From contig NC_057749.1 of NCBI RefSeq assembly GCF_004010195.1, positions 7,611,936-7,675,935 on the forward strand: 64,000 nucleotides of DNA, given 5' to 3'. The notes below the pieces were generated by a model, which had not been told where the DNA came from, searched no databases, and was given only the letters and a program-made list of their open reading frames with translations. This document shows, in pieces, positions 37,680-51,130 of this stretch. The stretch is from Chiloscyllium plagiosum (taxonomy: Eukaryota). A program made the translations under genes and the position numbers. Position 1 is the stretch's first letter, and every line of letters starts with the position of its first letter.

Positions 37680-38925
37680 ATTAAAAATATTCATTTGTGG
37701 GATGAGGGTGTCGCTGGTTGGGCCTAACAGTTATTGTCCATCCCTAGCTGGTGTTGAGAATGTGGCTCTGAGCTGCCTTCTTGAACCGCTGCAGTCCACC
37801 TGATGTGAGTTGGCCCACAATGCCCTTAGGGAGAGAATTCCAGTGACAGTGAAGGAACGTCGATACATTTCCGAGTCAGGATAGTGAGAGGAATGGAAGG
37901 GAACTTGTAGGTGATGGTGTTCCCATATATCTGCAGCACTTGTCCTTCTAGTTGGAAATGGTCGTAGATTTGGAAGATGCTGTAGGAGGATTTCTGCAAT
38001 GCAGCCGCTGCCGAGTGTCAGTGATGGAGGGAGTGGATGTTTGTGAATGTGGTGCCAATCAAACGGGTTGCTTTGTCCTGGATGGTGTCAAGCTTCGAGT
38101 GTATTGTTGGAGCTGCACCCATCCATGCAAGTGGAAAGTATTCTATCGCACTCCTGACTTGTGCCTTGATTGATAGGCTTTGGGAAGTTCGGAGAGGAGT
38201 TATTTGCTGCAGTATTCCTAGACTCTGACCTGTTCCTGTAGCCGCTGTGTTTATGTAGGGAGTCCATTTGAGTTTCAGGTCAATGATAATCCCCAGGATG
38301 TTTATAGTGGAGGATTCAGTGATGGCAACACCATTGAATATCAAGGAGTGGTGACGGTCATAGCTTGGCATTTGTGTGGTGTGAATGTTACTTGTCACGT
38401 GTCAGTTCAAGCCTGGATATTATCCTGATCTTATTGCATCTGAACATGGACTGCTTCAGTATGGGAGGTTGCAAATAGTGCTGAACATCCAAACTTCTGG
38501 CCTTATGATGGAGGGTAAGTAATTGATGAAACAGCTGAATATGTTTGGGCCTAGGACACAACCCTGAGGAACTCCTGCAGAGTGTCCTGAGCTGAGATGG
38601 CTGACCTCCAACAATCACAACCATCTTTCTCCGCATCAGATATGAATCCAACCAGTGGAGAATTTGCCCCCGACACCCATTGATTCCAGTTTTGCTAAGG
38701 CTCCTTGATGCCACGCTCTGTCGAATGTAAGCTTGATGTCTAGGGCTGTCACTTTCACCTCACCTCTGGAATTCAGCTGTTTTGTCCATATTTGAACTGA
38801 GGTTGTAATGAGGTCAGGAAATGAGTAGGCCTGATGGAACCCAAGCTGGGTAGCAGTGAGCAGGTTCTGCTTGATAGCACTGTTGATGACACCTTCCATC
38901 TCTTTACTGATGATCGCGAGTGAAT
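37680..38925 (-). mobile_element. CR1/L2-group LINE, RT through 3' end, frameshifted (clade not resolved)
   Basis: QLGF...DLIT...ALDIKLTFDRAWHQGALAKL and KAQVRSAIEYFPLAW...KLDTIQDKATRLIG. Confidence 0.9.
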
Positions 38926-39479
38926 GTTCTGCCAACCTGGGTTTGAATCCCAACATGGCAATGTTTAGATTAACATTTACTGTGCTTGACAAAAGTGGTA
39001 GGGAGTTATCTCCTTGAAGCACAGTCAACGTGGTTTAGGGACACTCACTGTGCTGTTAGTATTCTAACCAATAAAAATTCTAGGGGATCTTTTATACAGC
39101 AAGTAGATGGTACCTCACTTTGTATCTGAAAATATTATGGACCATGTGTAACTCCTCAGAATTGCACTAATATGTTCAGCCTACATTGTTGTGCTCAATG
39201 ACTAGAGTGGGGTTTGAACCCAAAGACTCAGATGCAGTAGTACTAATGCCACCAAGCCATGGTTGACAACAATGTTATTAGCCATTAATCCATTTTGCTG
39301 GTTTGTTTCAAAGATTAGTACAGTTAACCACACTGCCATTCATGGACATATTTATGTTCTCATTCACGGCCTACTTAATAATTGGAATGACTCACAGATT
39401 GTTTTGGTGAATAAACATATCAAGTGTCACTTAACGAAGGTAGACAAGTGGAGCCTTGATCGAATTAAATGATTTATAA

Positions 39480-39950
39480 TCATAGAATCCCTACAGTGTG
39501 GAAGCAGGCCTTTCAGCCCGTCGAGTCCACACTGACCCTTCAAAAAGCATCTCACCCCTCTATCCTGTCTTTGCATTTCGCATGGTTGATCCACCTAACC
39601 TACACATCCCTAGACACTATGGGCAATTTAGTGTGGCCAATCCACCTAACTTGCACATATAGTATAGAAATGTACAGCATGAAAACAGACCCTTCAGTCC
39701 AACTCATCCATGCCGACCAGATGTCTTAAATTAATTTAGTCCCATTTGCCAGCACTTGGTCCATATCCCTCTAAACCCTTCAAATTCATATACCCATCCA
39801 TTAGACTTTGAGGGGAAGCCAGAGGACCTGCAGGAAACCCAAGCAGACATGGGGAGTACATGCAAACTACACACGGACAGTCACCTGAGGGTAAAATTGA
39901 ACCTGGGTCCCTGATGCTGCGAGGTTGCAGTGCTAGCCACTGCTGCCCCT
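39480..39950 (-). mobile_element. HE1 SINE interrupted by a CR1 3' tail (~39660-39800)
   Basis: HE1 tail half at 39480-39658 and head half at 39800-39950, separated by acagcatgaaaacagacccttc...catatacccatcca. Confidence 0.85.
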
Positions 39951-40639
39951 AATTCAAGAGTTGAATGGCCTACTCCTGTTACTCCTTGGATAGTTGCCTT
40001 TTTAAACTTATTCTTTTTCTTTAATAAATGTTTTGGCTTGGAAGATAAATGGGATTTAAGCAAAACAGTGCGAGAATTCTTTAATCAGATGGGCCAATGG
40101 TAATACTAGAAGCCCTGAGATTTTCAATTCTAATTAAATGTCATCCCGCACAAACTTTGGCAGAGAAAAACTTTGTATATGTTCCTTGTCCGCAGGATCT
40201 TCCACATTCTGCTCTTAATTAAATGTTAAACAGAAATGGTGCTTTCTGAAATAGGGATCCATCAGAAATTCCTGTCAACTCTCACTCCAACCATCAGCTC
40301 ATAATGAGAAAGAAAAATAATGTTGGGCAATTGGTTCAAAGGATATTTTTCTAATTGTTAAGTGCAAGCATAATGTCAAACAAAATAATTTAGACTATAA
40401 TGGTTGAGTGGAAACGCAACAGCAGAATCATCTTAATATACAAATGAGAGAAAAGTTGGATATATCCAAATGTTAGATGGATAATATCTTTTCTCAACAA
40501 GCAAAGAGGGGAAATGGGCCTTAGGGAGGTGTATGGAATTAGGCCACAGGTCAGCCATGAGCTCACTGAAAGGCTCTAGGGGCTGAATGATCTTCTCCTG
40601 TTCCTACATAACACAAGTGCAAAATTTGCTCCTCCAGTG

Positions 40640-40985
40640 GAGGTCTTCATAAAATCTACTCTTACAAATCAGGAACCCATCCAGATAAAGTTGCTCACAC
40701 TCACAATAGGTCGATGGTGGCACAGATTTAAAGTTTAAAGAAGATGTGCAAGGCAAGTTTTGTTTTATAAGCCACAGAGGATGGTGGATGCCTGGAATGC
40801 ACAGCCAGGGGACAGAGGGTAGAAGCAGACATGCTGACAACTCTCTTAGGAGTCATTGAGACAGATATGTGGACAGGCAGGGGATACAGGGATACATATC
40901 ATTGAAGGTAGATTGGATTACTTTAGATTGGTTGACAGAGACATAACGGGCTGAAGAGTCAGTTCCTGTGCTGTACTGTTCAATG
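40640..40985 (+). mobile_element. CR1 LINE 3' end
   Basis: acagaggatggtggatgcctggaatgc...gggctgaagagtcagttcctgtgctgtactgtt. Confidence 0.7.
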
Positions 40986-40989
40986 TTGG

Positions 40990-41295
40990 TAATATCAGCC
41001 CAGGCTAATGATCTGAGGAAAGGAGTTCAAGAGCTTTAAATTCAACTAAACAAATCTGGAATCCAGTCACAGTGGCCATAACAACTATTGTCGATTGTCA
41101 TAGAAAACCATTTGGTTCATCTAGTCCTTTAGGTAAGGAAATTTGCCATCCTTACCTGGTGTGGTCAATACATGACTCCAGACCCACAGCAATGTAGCTC
41201 AATTTTGGCCACCCAAGAAACTGAGTTCAATAGCAACTATAAACGGACATCAAATGTTGAACTGGATAGTGACGCCCACATCCCATTAAAAAAAT
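40990..41295 (+). mobile_element. tRNA-head SINE family B
   Basis: Core ggaaatttgccatccttacctgg...catgactccagacccacagcaatgt. Confidence 0.75.
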
Positions 41296-42271
41296 TCTTT
41301 GAAATCATTTCCCCGTGTCTACATTTTGGATTCCTAATTAGTTATTTTACAGTGAAACGAGTTTGAACAGAAGATATTTTTAGCTGAAACTTGCCTAAAA
41401 GGAAATGAGTCTTCCCCACGCAGGCTCCCATGCTCAGTTGTACATCGTTAGGTAGATGAGCAGTAATTACAGCACAGAATGGGAATTTCCCTCAGAAACT
41501 GAAATAATGGACAATTCATTAGCCGTGTCTGGTTATTCAGAGAGACAACTTTGCATCTGGGTGCTGGATACCTTCTTTTGATTTGTGCAGGCTCTGTGAA
41601 AGAGGTTTTGCAAGTCACTCAGGCAGCCGAGGGCTGTGGAGGGAGTTCAGTGCTGCTTTGTACAAGAGGATAGCACATGGAGAGATTGGTCTTTTATTGA
41701 GTTTGACAATCCATTAAAGTGGGCAAACATTGGTGTGTTCTTGTATTTTAGAGTAAGCTAGAACTGTGTGTCAAGGTTCCCATCAGCACGCTCAGACATG
41801 TGATATGTTGCATCTGCGGTGTGCGGTTCAAGACAAAATGACCCTTCACTGTTACACTCCTAAGACCGAGCACCACAAATCACTTGCATTTAAAAAGCAA
41901 CTTTAATCTGGTCAAAGTTTCACATGGTCCTTCATAGCATCATCAAGCAAAATTTGACAGTGTTAACTGGATCCAAGTTTTCAGCTGTGTTAGAAACAAG
42001 ACTACTTCTGGATCGAGCATTTATCAATTAAAACACAGTCTCAAATTTCTCTTCCCCCAGTCCTAGCAATTTATCAATTAACCTTTCTCTCTATTTTTTA
42101 GAACTCAATTCTTCGGTAAATTAACTGAGTTATGTGTTAAAGTGGAATGCACAGGCATTGGAAGCAGTCCAGAGAATAAGAGTGCTGAAGAACAGTCATA
42201 CTGGACTCCCACTGTTAACTCTGTTTCCTTCTCCACAGGGACACAAGACCAAGTAAGTTCCTCTAGCACTT

Positions 42272-42930
42272 TCATAGAATCCCTACAATGTGGAAGCAGG
42301 GCATTCAGCCCATCGAGTCCACACTGATCATCTGAAGAGCATCCCACCCAGACACACCCCCTATCCTATCCCTGTTACCCTGCATTACCCATAGCTAATT
42401 CACCTAGCCTGCACATCGCTGGACACTATGGGGCAATTTAGCACGGCCAATCCACCCTAACCTACACATTGATGGACTGTGGGAGAAAACCAGAGCACCT
42501 AGATTAGATCCCTTGAGACACAGAGAGAAGGTGCAAATTCCACATAGCCAGTGGTTAGCACGGTGGGGCAGTGGTTAGCACTGCTACCTCACAGCGACAG
42601 AGACCCGGGTTCAATTCCCACCTCAGGCGACTGACTGTGTGGAGTTTGCACATTCTCCCCGTGTCTGTGTGGATTTCCTCTGGGTGGTCCGGTTTCCTCC
42701 CACAGTCCAAAGATGTGCAGGTCAGGTGAATTGGCCATGCTAAATTGCCCATAGTGTTAGGTAAGGGGTAAAGGTAGGGGTATGCGCTTTGGCAGGGCGG
42801 TGTGGACTTGTTGGGCCGAAGGGCCTGTTTCCACACTGTAAGTAATCTAATCAGTCACATGAGGCTGGAATTGAACCCAGGTCCCTGGCGCTGTGAGGCA
42901 GCAGTGCTGACCATGGAGCCGCTGTGTCAC
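42272..42930 (-). mobile_element. Older HE1 SINE hosting an opposite-strand HE1, itself inside a PLE tail remnant (~42183-42960)
   Basis: Outer copy is broken at cagt (42548-42551 and 42852-42855). Confidence 0.85.
42552..42851 (+). mobile_element. HE1 SINE (young subfamily)
   Basis: Near-consensus copy ending ccacactgtaagtaatctaat. Confidence 0.95.
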
Positions 42931-42969
42931 TAATTTGTTCAGCATCTGCAATATTCGGTATTTGTTACA

Positions 42970-43480
42970 GGGAGAGGGTACATTAGGTTAATTCAGGGTA
43001 TGGAGGGATTTTCTTATGAGAAGAATTCAACTCAGTTGGGCTTCTACTCATTGGAGTTGAGAAGAATGAGAGAAGATCTAATTGAAAGCTGTAAGCTTTT
43101 TAGGGATTTGACAGGGTAGATGTAAAAAGGTTGTTTCCCCTTGTGGCGGAGTGTTGCATCACTGGGCAAATCTCAGAATAAGGGATTGCTCATTTAAGGA
43201 GAAATAAAGCGGACTTTTAAAAAAAAAATCCTTTATTGGCGGGTAATGAATCTATGGAATTCATTATCTCAGCAGCCTCACAAAGTATATTCACGACTAA
43301 GAGTTTTTTTAATCAGTAAGGGAATCAAGAGTTATGATGCAAAAGGCAGAAGGCGTGAAGTTACGGGGTAAAAGTAGGAAATGTAGAGTTGAGGATTATC
43401 ATATTAGCTATGCTCTCATTCAGTGGGAAATCATGCCCAAAAGGTTGAAAAGCCTACCTTGGCTTCTACACCTTATGATT
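42970..43480 (+). mobile_element. CR1 LINE 3' end
   Basis: Decayed YEERL..LGLYSLE.RRMR.DLIE-type C-terminal coding sequence plus UTR. Confidence 0.75.
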
Positions 43481-44324
43481 GACAGATGTTGGCTGTCCCT
43501 CAATTCAGCAGCAACATCTGCTCGGGGTTACAAGACTCTAGGGTGAAGTCTTCATTCGAAGGAACATGTTAACCCATAGACTTTAGAATGCTTCAGTCAG
43601 GAAGCCTGAGGTGGTAGGATCTGAATTTACTCCCTTTTCCTTCTTTCCCTTCTGCTGCTCTGCCTCATCATTAAGATGTTGGGACTCAAAACATTATGCA
43701 ACCACAAGGTAAAATCTAGAATGGAAGTGTCATAAAAATAAAGAGGTAGAATTAAAAGGGGTTATTGTCTGACTATAAGCCCTCTGAGTAGTAGGACTTT
43801 CCTTGTATAGGAAGATGGTCACCATATTGATTTGTGGACCCAAAGCTAAGTTGATATCTGTTTAGGACCTATATTTATATTAACCACAAACAAGCAAAAT
43901 ACTTTAGGTGTGAGGCTGAACTCAATTTATCTATCACCAAAAGTATGAAATTAGTAAAATAAACTATTCAGTTATCAAATATGGTGAAGGATAAAAAGGC
44001 ACCTTTAAGAAATATACGAAGCACTAAATTAAATGGAAACAGAAGAAAAAAACAGAATTACTCCTGAAGCTATTGGCAGTTTAACCATACCTGTTTGAGC
44101 AACAAAGATAGGCACACACAGGTAAAGGCAAGTTCATGAAGTAATTGGATTCCTTCATTCAAACACCTTTTGCCTGCTGTCTACTTGCTTGAAGTTTATT
44201 GAAGATGGAGGAGCTTGTGTAGTGCAATGACAGTGGCCTTATCTCTGAGCCAAGATCTGGGTTCAGTATTGTGTTATAGTATACCTGAGCAGGTCAAAAA
44301 GCACTGAGGAAGTGAGTGATCAAC

Positions 44325-44570
44325 CATAGAAAATAGCAGGAGTAGGCCATTCAGCCCTTTGAGTCTGCTCCGCCATTCAATATGATCATGGATGACCATC
44401 CAACTCAGTCTCCCGTTGCCACTTTCTCCCACATACCTTTTGATCCCTTTAGCCCCAAGAACTATATCCAACTCCTTCTTGGAAACATTCACTGGTTTGG
44501 CCTCAGTCACTTTCAGTGGCAGAGAATCTCACAGGCTTACCACTCTCTAGGTGAGGAAGTTTTCTCTTTC
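44325..44570 (-). mobile_element. CR1 LINE 3' end
   Basis: agcaggagtaggccattcagccc, reverse-complement UTR. Confidence 0.8.
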
Positions 44571-44919
44571 AATACCTGACGCTGATTATTTTTATAAATA
44601 GTTTACACAGCGAATGGTCAATGATCAAGAATGCATTGACTGAAATGATGGCAGAATTAGATTCAATCAGAATTCAAAAGAGGAATTGAATGAATTTTTC
44701 TGGGAGGGTGAAGTATGGACGATGTCAAATATGTGGGGAAAGAGTAAAACTCGTTGAATTTTAAGACAAAATCTTATGGCAATGAGTGTCTGTCAGGAAT
44801 ATATAAGAATGTTAAATTTCAAATGATCATAACAATTAATAGTACAGCAGAAAAGGGCACCAATTAGCTGTCAAGTTTGATTGGCTGAAACATAGTCATA
44901 GAAAGAAAATAGTTAATGA

Positions 44920-45378
44920 GATATAGAAACAGAATTAGGCCATTTGGCCCATCGGGTCTGCTCCACCATTTGATCATGGCTGATATACTCCTCACCCCAT
45001 TTTCCTGACTTCTCTCCATATCCCTTCAACCTATTACCAATTAAAAATCTGTCTAACTCCTCCTTAAACTTACTCACTGTGCCAGCATCCACTGCACTTT
45101 GGGGTAGGGAATTCCACAGATTCACAACCCTTTGGGAGAAGTAGCTTCTCCTCAACTCTGTTTTAAATTTGCTCCCCCTTATGCTAAGACTATGACCTCT
45201 CATCCCAGAATGCCCCACACGAGGAAGCATCTGCTCTCCGTCTATTCTATTCACACCTTTTATCATCTCGAATACCCCAGTTTTATCTCCCCTTCATTCT
45301 TCTAAATTCCAGAGAGTATAGGCCTAAGCTGTTCAATCTCTCTTCATGTGGCAAACCTCTCATCTCTGGGATCAATGA
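44920..45378 (-). mobile_element. CR1 LINE 3' end
   Basis: ORF 44913..45266: RGHSLSI...RRSYFSQRVVNLWNSLP. Confidence 0.9.
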
Positions 45379-45524
45379 TGAACTGTTGAGTCCAAAGTAG
45401 TTCAAAATGGGCAGAAGGCTTGGCCATGTAATTGGTTATTTCATTCATCGGACTGGCCCAGGCACAATGGGCTGAAGGATCATACAGAACAGAAGGAAGC
45501 CAATGATCCTTCTGGCTAGGACGT

Positions 45525-47180
45525 TACATAGAACATAGAACATTCCAGCACAGTACAGGCCCTTCAGTCCATGATGTTGTTTGGAGCATTTATCTTAATG
45601 TAAGATCAACCTAACCTACACACCCCTCAATTTATTGCCATCCAAGTGCTTGTCCAGCAGTTGCTTAAATGTCCCTAATGTCTCTGACTCTACTACCACT
45701 GCATTCCATGTACCCACCACTCTGCATAAAGAACCTACCTCTGACAACTCCCTTATACCTTCCTGTAATCACCTTAAAATTATGACCCCTCGTGACAGCC
45801 AGTTCTGCCCTGGGTAAAAAGTCTGTGGCTACCTACTCTATCTATGCCTCTCATTACCTAGTAGACCTCTATCAAGTCACCGCTCTTCCTTCTTCTCTTC
45901 AGTGTGAAAAGCCCGAGCTCACTCAACCTCCCTTCATAAGACATGCCCTCAAATCCAGGCAGCATCCTGGGAAATCTCCTCTGCATCTTCTCTAAGGCAT
46001 CTTCCTATAATAAGGTGACCAGAACTGGAAACAATATTCCAACTGTGGTCTAACCAAGGTTTTATAGAGATGCAGAAAAACAGCAGAAAAACAGTTAAAT
46101 GAAAGCCAAAACACCATACGCCTTCTTAACAACCCTATCAACTTGGATGGCAACTTTGAGGGAACCTTGTATGTGTACCCCAAGATCCCACTGTTCCTCC
46201 ACACTGCCAAGAATCCTGTCTTTAACCCTATATTCAGCATTCAAATTCCACCTTCCAAAATGAATCCCTTAGCATTTTTTCAGGCTGAACACCATCTGCC
46301 ATTTCTTAGCCCAGCTCTGCGTCCTGTCACTGTCACGTTGTAGCCTGCAACAGATCTCTACAACACCACCAACCTTTGTGTCATTGGCAAACTTACTAAC
46401 CTTCTACTTCTTCATCCAAGTCACCTATAAAAACTACAAAGAGCAAAGGCCCAAGAACACAAATGGTCACCAAACTCCGGGTGGAATTCTTTCAGCCAGC
46501 CAATTCTGTATCCAGGCAGCCATATTTCCCTGTATCCCATACATTCTAACTCTCTCAATGAGCCTACCTTGGGGAACTTTATCAAATGCCTTCCTGAAAT
46601 CCAGATATACCACAGCCACTGCTCAACCTTCGTCAACTTGTCTCCTCACATCCTCAAAAGAACTCAATAAGACTTGAGGCTTGACCTGTCCCTCATAAAG
46701 CCATGCTCACCATCTTTAATCAAATATCTTATTCCAAATAGTCATAAGTCCTATCTCTCAGAATCCTTTCCAGTACCTTGCTTACTACAGATCTAAGGCT
46801 AACTGGTCTATAATTCCCAGGGATTTCCCTATTCCCTTTCTTGAACGGAGGAACAACATTCGCCTCCCTCCAATCCTACTCTCGTGGAGGGTGAGGACGC
46901 AAAGATGATCGCCAGAGGCACAGCAATCTCATTCCTCGCTTCCCCTCGTAACCTTGGATATAACTGGTCTGGCCCTCGGGACTTACCTATCTTGATGCTT
47001 CCCAGAAATTTCAGCATATCCACTTCATTAATATCAACCTGTTCAAGCCTATTAACCTGGTCCACATGTTCTCACTATCTCTTGATTACTAAAGCAAAAC
47101 TCATTTAGAGTGTCCCCTACTTCTTCAGACTCCAGACACGAGTTCCCTCCACTATCCCTGATCGGCCCTACCCTCTCTCG
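45525..47180 (-). mobile_element. CR1 LINE ORF2 (RT) to 3' end, internally deleted
   Basis: KSRGPDQLYPRL..EAR.EIA.PL; LYKTLVRPQLEYC.QFWSPYY. Confidence 0.92.
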
Positions 47181-47769
47181 GGGGTGTATGGGAAATAAAA
47201 GGAGTAAACCATTTTGGCCTCCAGAACCTTCTGTTGTTTGATTAGATCATGACTTCAACTCCATTTACCTTTCTGGAAAAGGGAAAGCAAACATTTTGGA
47301 AAATTTTTGATATTAAAATAAAAAAAGCACACTTAATTTTTTTTTCCCTAATGTTTGGAAACCAAATTATACAGAGTATCATTCTGCTCGAGACTAATAA
47401 TTTAGTTGATTACAACAAGCATTTAATTTAGTTTATTCTGAGAATGAATCAACCAGATCAAAAGTGGATCAATGCAAATTCTGAATCAGCACACAGACAA
47501 ATTAGAACTCTGCAGAATGGGAATATTTTATCAACTAATGGAGGTCTTACATTGAAATAAGTGACAGGGAATTAAATGTACAAGGTGAATTAGCTCCTTG
47601 TATCTGTTCCTGTATACAGTATAAAGCATGCTCCGATATACGTTATGTATAGAAGAGTCAGCTCTCAAGCATTAACTTGTTCTGTTGTGCAACATATTAT
47701 TTGGGTAACAGAAGGACTAGCAGGAGCAAGTTGGCCACTAATGAAGCATTCCCTACTAACTGGCACTGT

Positions 47770-48370
47770 TAACATTACTTAGCAAGTGAGCCAGCAGTCT
47801 GGACTGATGATTTGGTGACAGGAGTTCAAATCTTACCACTACAACAACTGAGGAGTTTTAATCCAATTTATGAAACAAAAGGACAGTTAATTTAAACAAA
47901 ATATGAACAGCAATGGTCACCACAAACTCCATCTGGTTTATTAATCAGATGTTTTGTTCATCCTTACCCGGCCTGTCCTAAATATGAGAGCACAATGTAG
48001 GAGCAAATTACTGCAGATGTTGCATTCTGTACCTATTACATATAGGACAGAAAACGACAAATGCTGGAGATCACAGTAAGTCAGACAGCATCCATGGAGA
48101 GAGAGCAAGCTAACATTTTGATTCTAGATGTCTCTAATGTAGAACCATCTAGACTTGAATTGTTAGCTTGCTCTCTCTCCGTGGATGCTGTCTGACCCAT
48201 TGTGATCCCCAGCATTTGTTGTTTACTTTCCTATATGTAATTCCAGATCCAAAAAAAATGCTGTTAACTTCCAGTTGCCTTCTGGATCGGCCAAGCATGC
48301 TGTTCACTCATACCCAAGGATGATTCAGGATTGATAATACATGTTACACTTCCCACATTCCATGAATTAA
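47770..48370 (+). mobile_element. tRNA-head SINE family B, interrupted by a PLE fold-back (~47990-48228)
   Basis: catccttacccggcc before the insertion and cctatatgtaattccagatcc after it. Confidence 0.6.
48051..48224. repeat. ~80-bp inverted repeat (PLE tail fold-back) with a 15-bp spacer
   Basis: Arms 48051-48130 and 48146-48224. Confidence 0.9.
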
Positions 48371-49089
48371 ATCAAAAGCCAAGGTTTATTTTGAGTAATG
48401 ATTTTACTGCACAGTAAAATTTATTTTACCAAATGTCTAGTTTGCAGCACAGTTACTCTATAATGATTGTTTCTTTCCCACAAAGCAAGTAATCGCAGGT
48501 GGAGTTTCTGCTATCCTGTCACTGTTTTCCATTCTAAATGGCAGATCAATGCAAATGGCAGCTGCCCAGTTGGTGCCTTGTGTGTTGTCCAGTTGTAGAA
48601 CTACCTGACTATCATAACTTGCTGCCTATGTGCATTGACAACATACACAGTGATAAAATGAAAATAAGAGCAAACTTCAAATTGGTTCTGCACAGATAGC
48701 CCGTTAATAGGTAATTAATAATATGGATCAGACATAATGGTGCAAGACCACTTTAGATCACTGCAGGTGGAAAAATCAATACTTAATGAGGGGACAATTA
48801 AGTTGCTGCGAATATGTAGACATTGAGAAAGGAATGAGTTGACAAAAGGAACTTCCGGCTCTTCAGCTAAACATAGAGTATGGAGGGCTCATAATGCAGT
48901 GGTAATGTCCCTACTTTTGAGCCAGAAGGCCTGCGTTCAACTCCCAACTGCTCCAGAGGTGCTCTACAGGATAATTTAAAATAGTTCTTCAGAGAGTGCA
49001 GGGGTTTCTACAAGTGAGAGAACCTTTGCCTCTGACTGAAGTATTAGGCAGATTTTCTTGTATTGATGAGTTAGTAACAAAATGTTTTA

Positions 49090-49470
49090 ATCATGAAGAA
49101 AGATTGTACAGACTGGGTTGTTTTCCTTAGAGGACAAGAGATCGAGAGAGGAGACAATTGAGACATATAAAATTATAAGGGCCATAGATGTAGTAGACAG
49201 GAAGAAACTGTTCCCCTTGACGGAGGGATGAATGACCGGGAGTATAGGTTTAAAGGTAAGGAGTTAAAAGTTTAGCGGAGGTGTGAGAATACCTTTTTTT
49301 TCCTCTATCTAGAGGATGGTGGGAATCTGGGACTCCCTGCCTGTAAGGGTAGAAGAGGCAGAAACCCTCATAACTTTTAAGAATAATTTAGATGTGCACT
49401 TACGATGTTGAGTCATACAAGACCAAGGGCCAAGTGCTGGAAAATAGGATTAGAATAGTTAGGTGGTTGG
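49090..49470 (+). mobile_element. CR1 LINE 3' end
   Basis: catgaagaaagattgtacagactggg...gggccaagtgctggaaaataggattag. Confidence 0.75.
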
Positions 49471-50604
49471 TTTTGTAATGGACCAGGCCAAATCTCTTAA
49501 AATATATTAAGAAGATAGTGTAGATCCTAACTTTTTCTTATATTAAAAGGCAAATGTAAGGCATTGTGTTCCGGATGCAATTTCCCACTGCATTCCCATT
49601 AATGCTATGAATGGTAGATATCCAAGCCCGAGATGAGACCACATGATCATGGATCACCATGGATCAAAATATCAAAATTTGAGGAAGATAGTGGCATCCT
49701 GGTAATGTCATTGAGCAAATCATCCTGAAGCCCAGGCCAATGTTCTTGGGACACTGAATTCAAATTTCACCATGGTGAAATGTGAACTCAGTAAAAATCT
49801 GGAATACAGTGCTGGCATAAGAGTGACCATGTAACCTCAAGGGGTCACTTGATCTAAAACGTCAGCTCTGATTTCTCTTCACAGATGCTGCTAGACCTGC
49901 TGAGCTTTTCTCGCAGATTCTGATTAACAACATCTGCATTTCTTTCAGTTTTGTTTTTCCAAAAGATATCAAGATAGCTTTGTCATTCAATAAAACAGTT
50001 TGGATACATTTAAAAAAAAAAATAAGTGGAGTTGTCAAGTCAACTAATCCTAAATCTTTCAAAGAACATGCAAGAATGTTATGAACACTGTCACACCTTG
50101 CTATCCCTTCACTTTATCAAATGAGGTAAAATGTATGATGGAAAGAAAATAGGAAATAATTTGAAGGACTTTTACATCAATACAATATAAATTTCATGAC
50201 AGGAAAAATTACACTCAGGCTATTGGTTATTTAGGCAATTCATTAAAGCAACCAAGTGAAGGGAAGAGAAGTAAATATTCAAGTACAGAAAAGATTATTG
50301 CATCTGTTCTTTCATTGATGCTGAATTCAAACAGAATAATTAGACAGCTATACTTATTTATGTTTTGTGATCAGGAAAATATTTTCTCACAACCAATCAT
50401 TAACAGCACCATATCAATTGGGGATTTCTTACAAACATCTTCAAAAATTCTTCCATTCAAAATGCAGGCTCCCAATCTTCTCTTATAACTGTGTAAGCAC
50501 TGGCAAACTTTTCTGAAAGAAAATCTGCCATCCTTGCTTGGTTTCAGCCTCATGGTGGCCCCTGGCCAATGGAGTGTGGTTGACTCTATTGCCTAATTAA
50601 GTGG

Positions 50605-51130
50605 TCATAAAGTTGTACAGCAGAGAAACAGACCCTTCGCTCCAACCCTCCCATGCTGACCAGGTATCCTAATTAATTGAGTCGCATTTGCCAGCACTTG
50701 GCCCATATCCCTTTAAATTTAAACCCTTCTTATTCATGCACCCATCCAGGTGCCTTTTAATTATTGTAATTGTACTAACCTCCACCACTTCCTCTGGTAG
50801 CTTATTCTATACACACACCACCCTCTGTGTGAAAAAGTTGCCCCATAGGTCTCTATTATACCTTTTCCTTTTCATCTTAAGCCTATTTCCTTTAGTTTTC
50901 TGGACTCCCTTCTGAAAAAGAGCTTGGGTATTCACTCTATTTATGCCCTTCATGATTTTATGAACCCCTATAAGGTCACCCCTCAGAGTTTGACGCTCCA
51001 GGAAAAATAGCCCCAGCCTACTCTGCATCTCCCTATAGCTCAAACCCTGGCAACATCCTTGTACATCTTTTCTGCATGCTTTCAGATTTCACAACATCTT
51101 TCCTACATCGGGGAGACCAGAATTGAATAC
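50605..51130 (-). mobile_element. CR1 LINE 3' end inserted in a family B SINE (pieces at ~50480-50605 and 51135-51200)
   Basis: ORF 50807..51043: RLGLFFLERQTLRGDLI.V.KIMKG. Confidence 0.85.

Noticed and set aside
31806..41720. Further acceptor-like sites with short open frames (31806+, ~36290+, ~36358-, 41591+)
   Set aside because: No convincing donor, early stops, unrecognised peptides
49473..49590. Possible LTR 5' fragment (tgtaatggaccagg...)
   Set aside because: No matching 3' CA end or second copy; too little support
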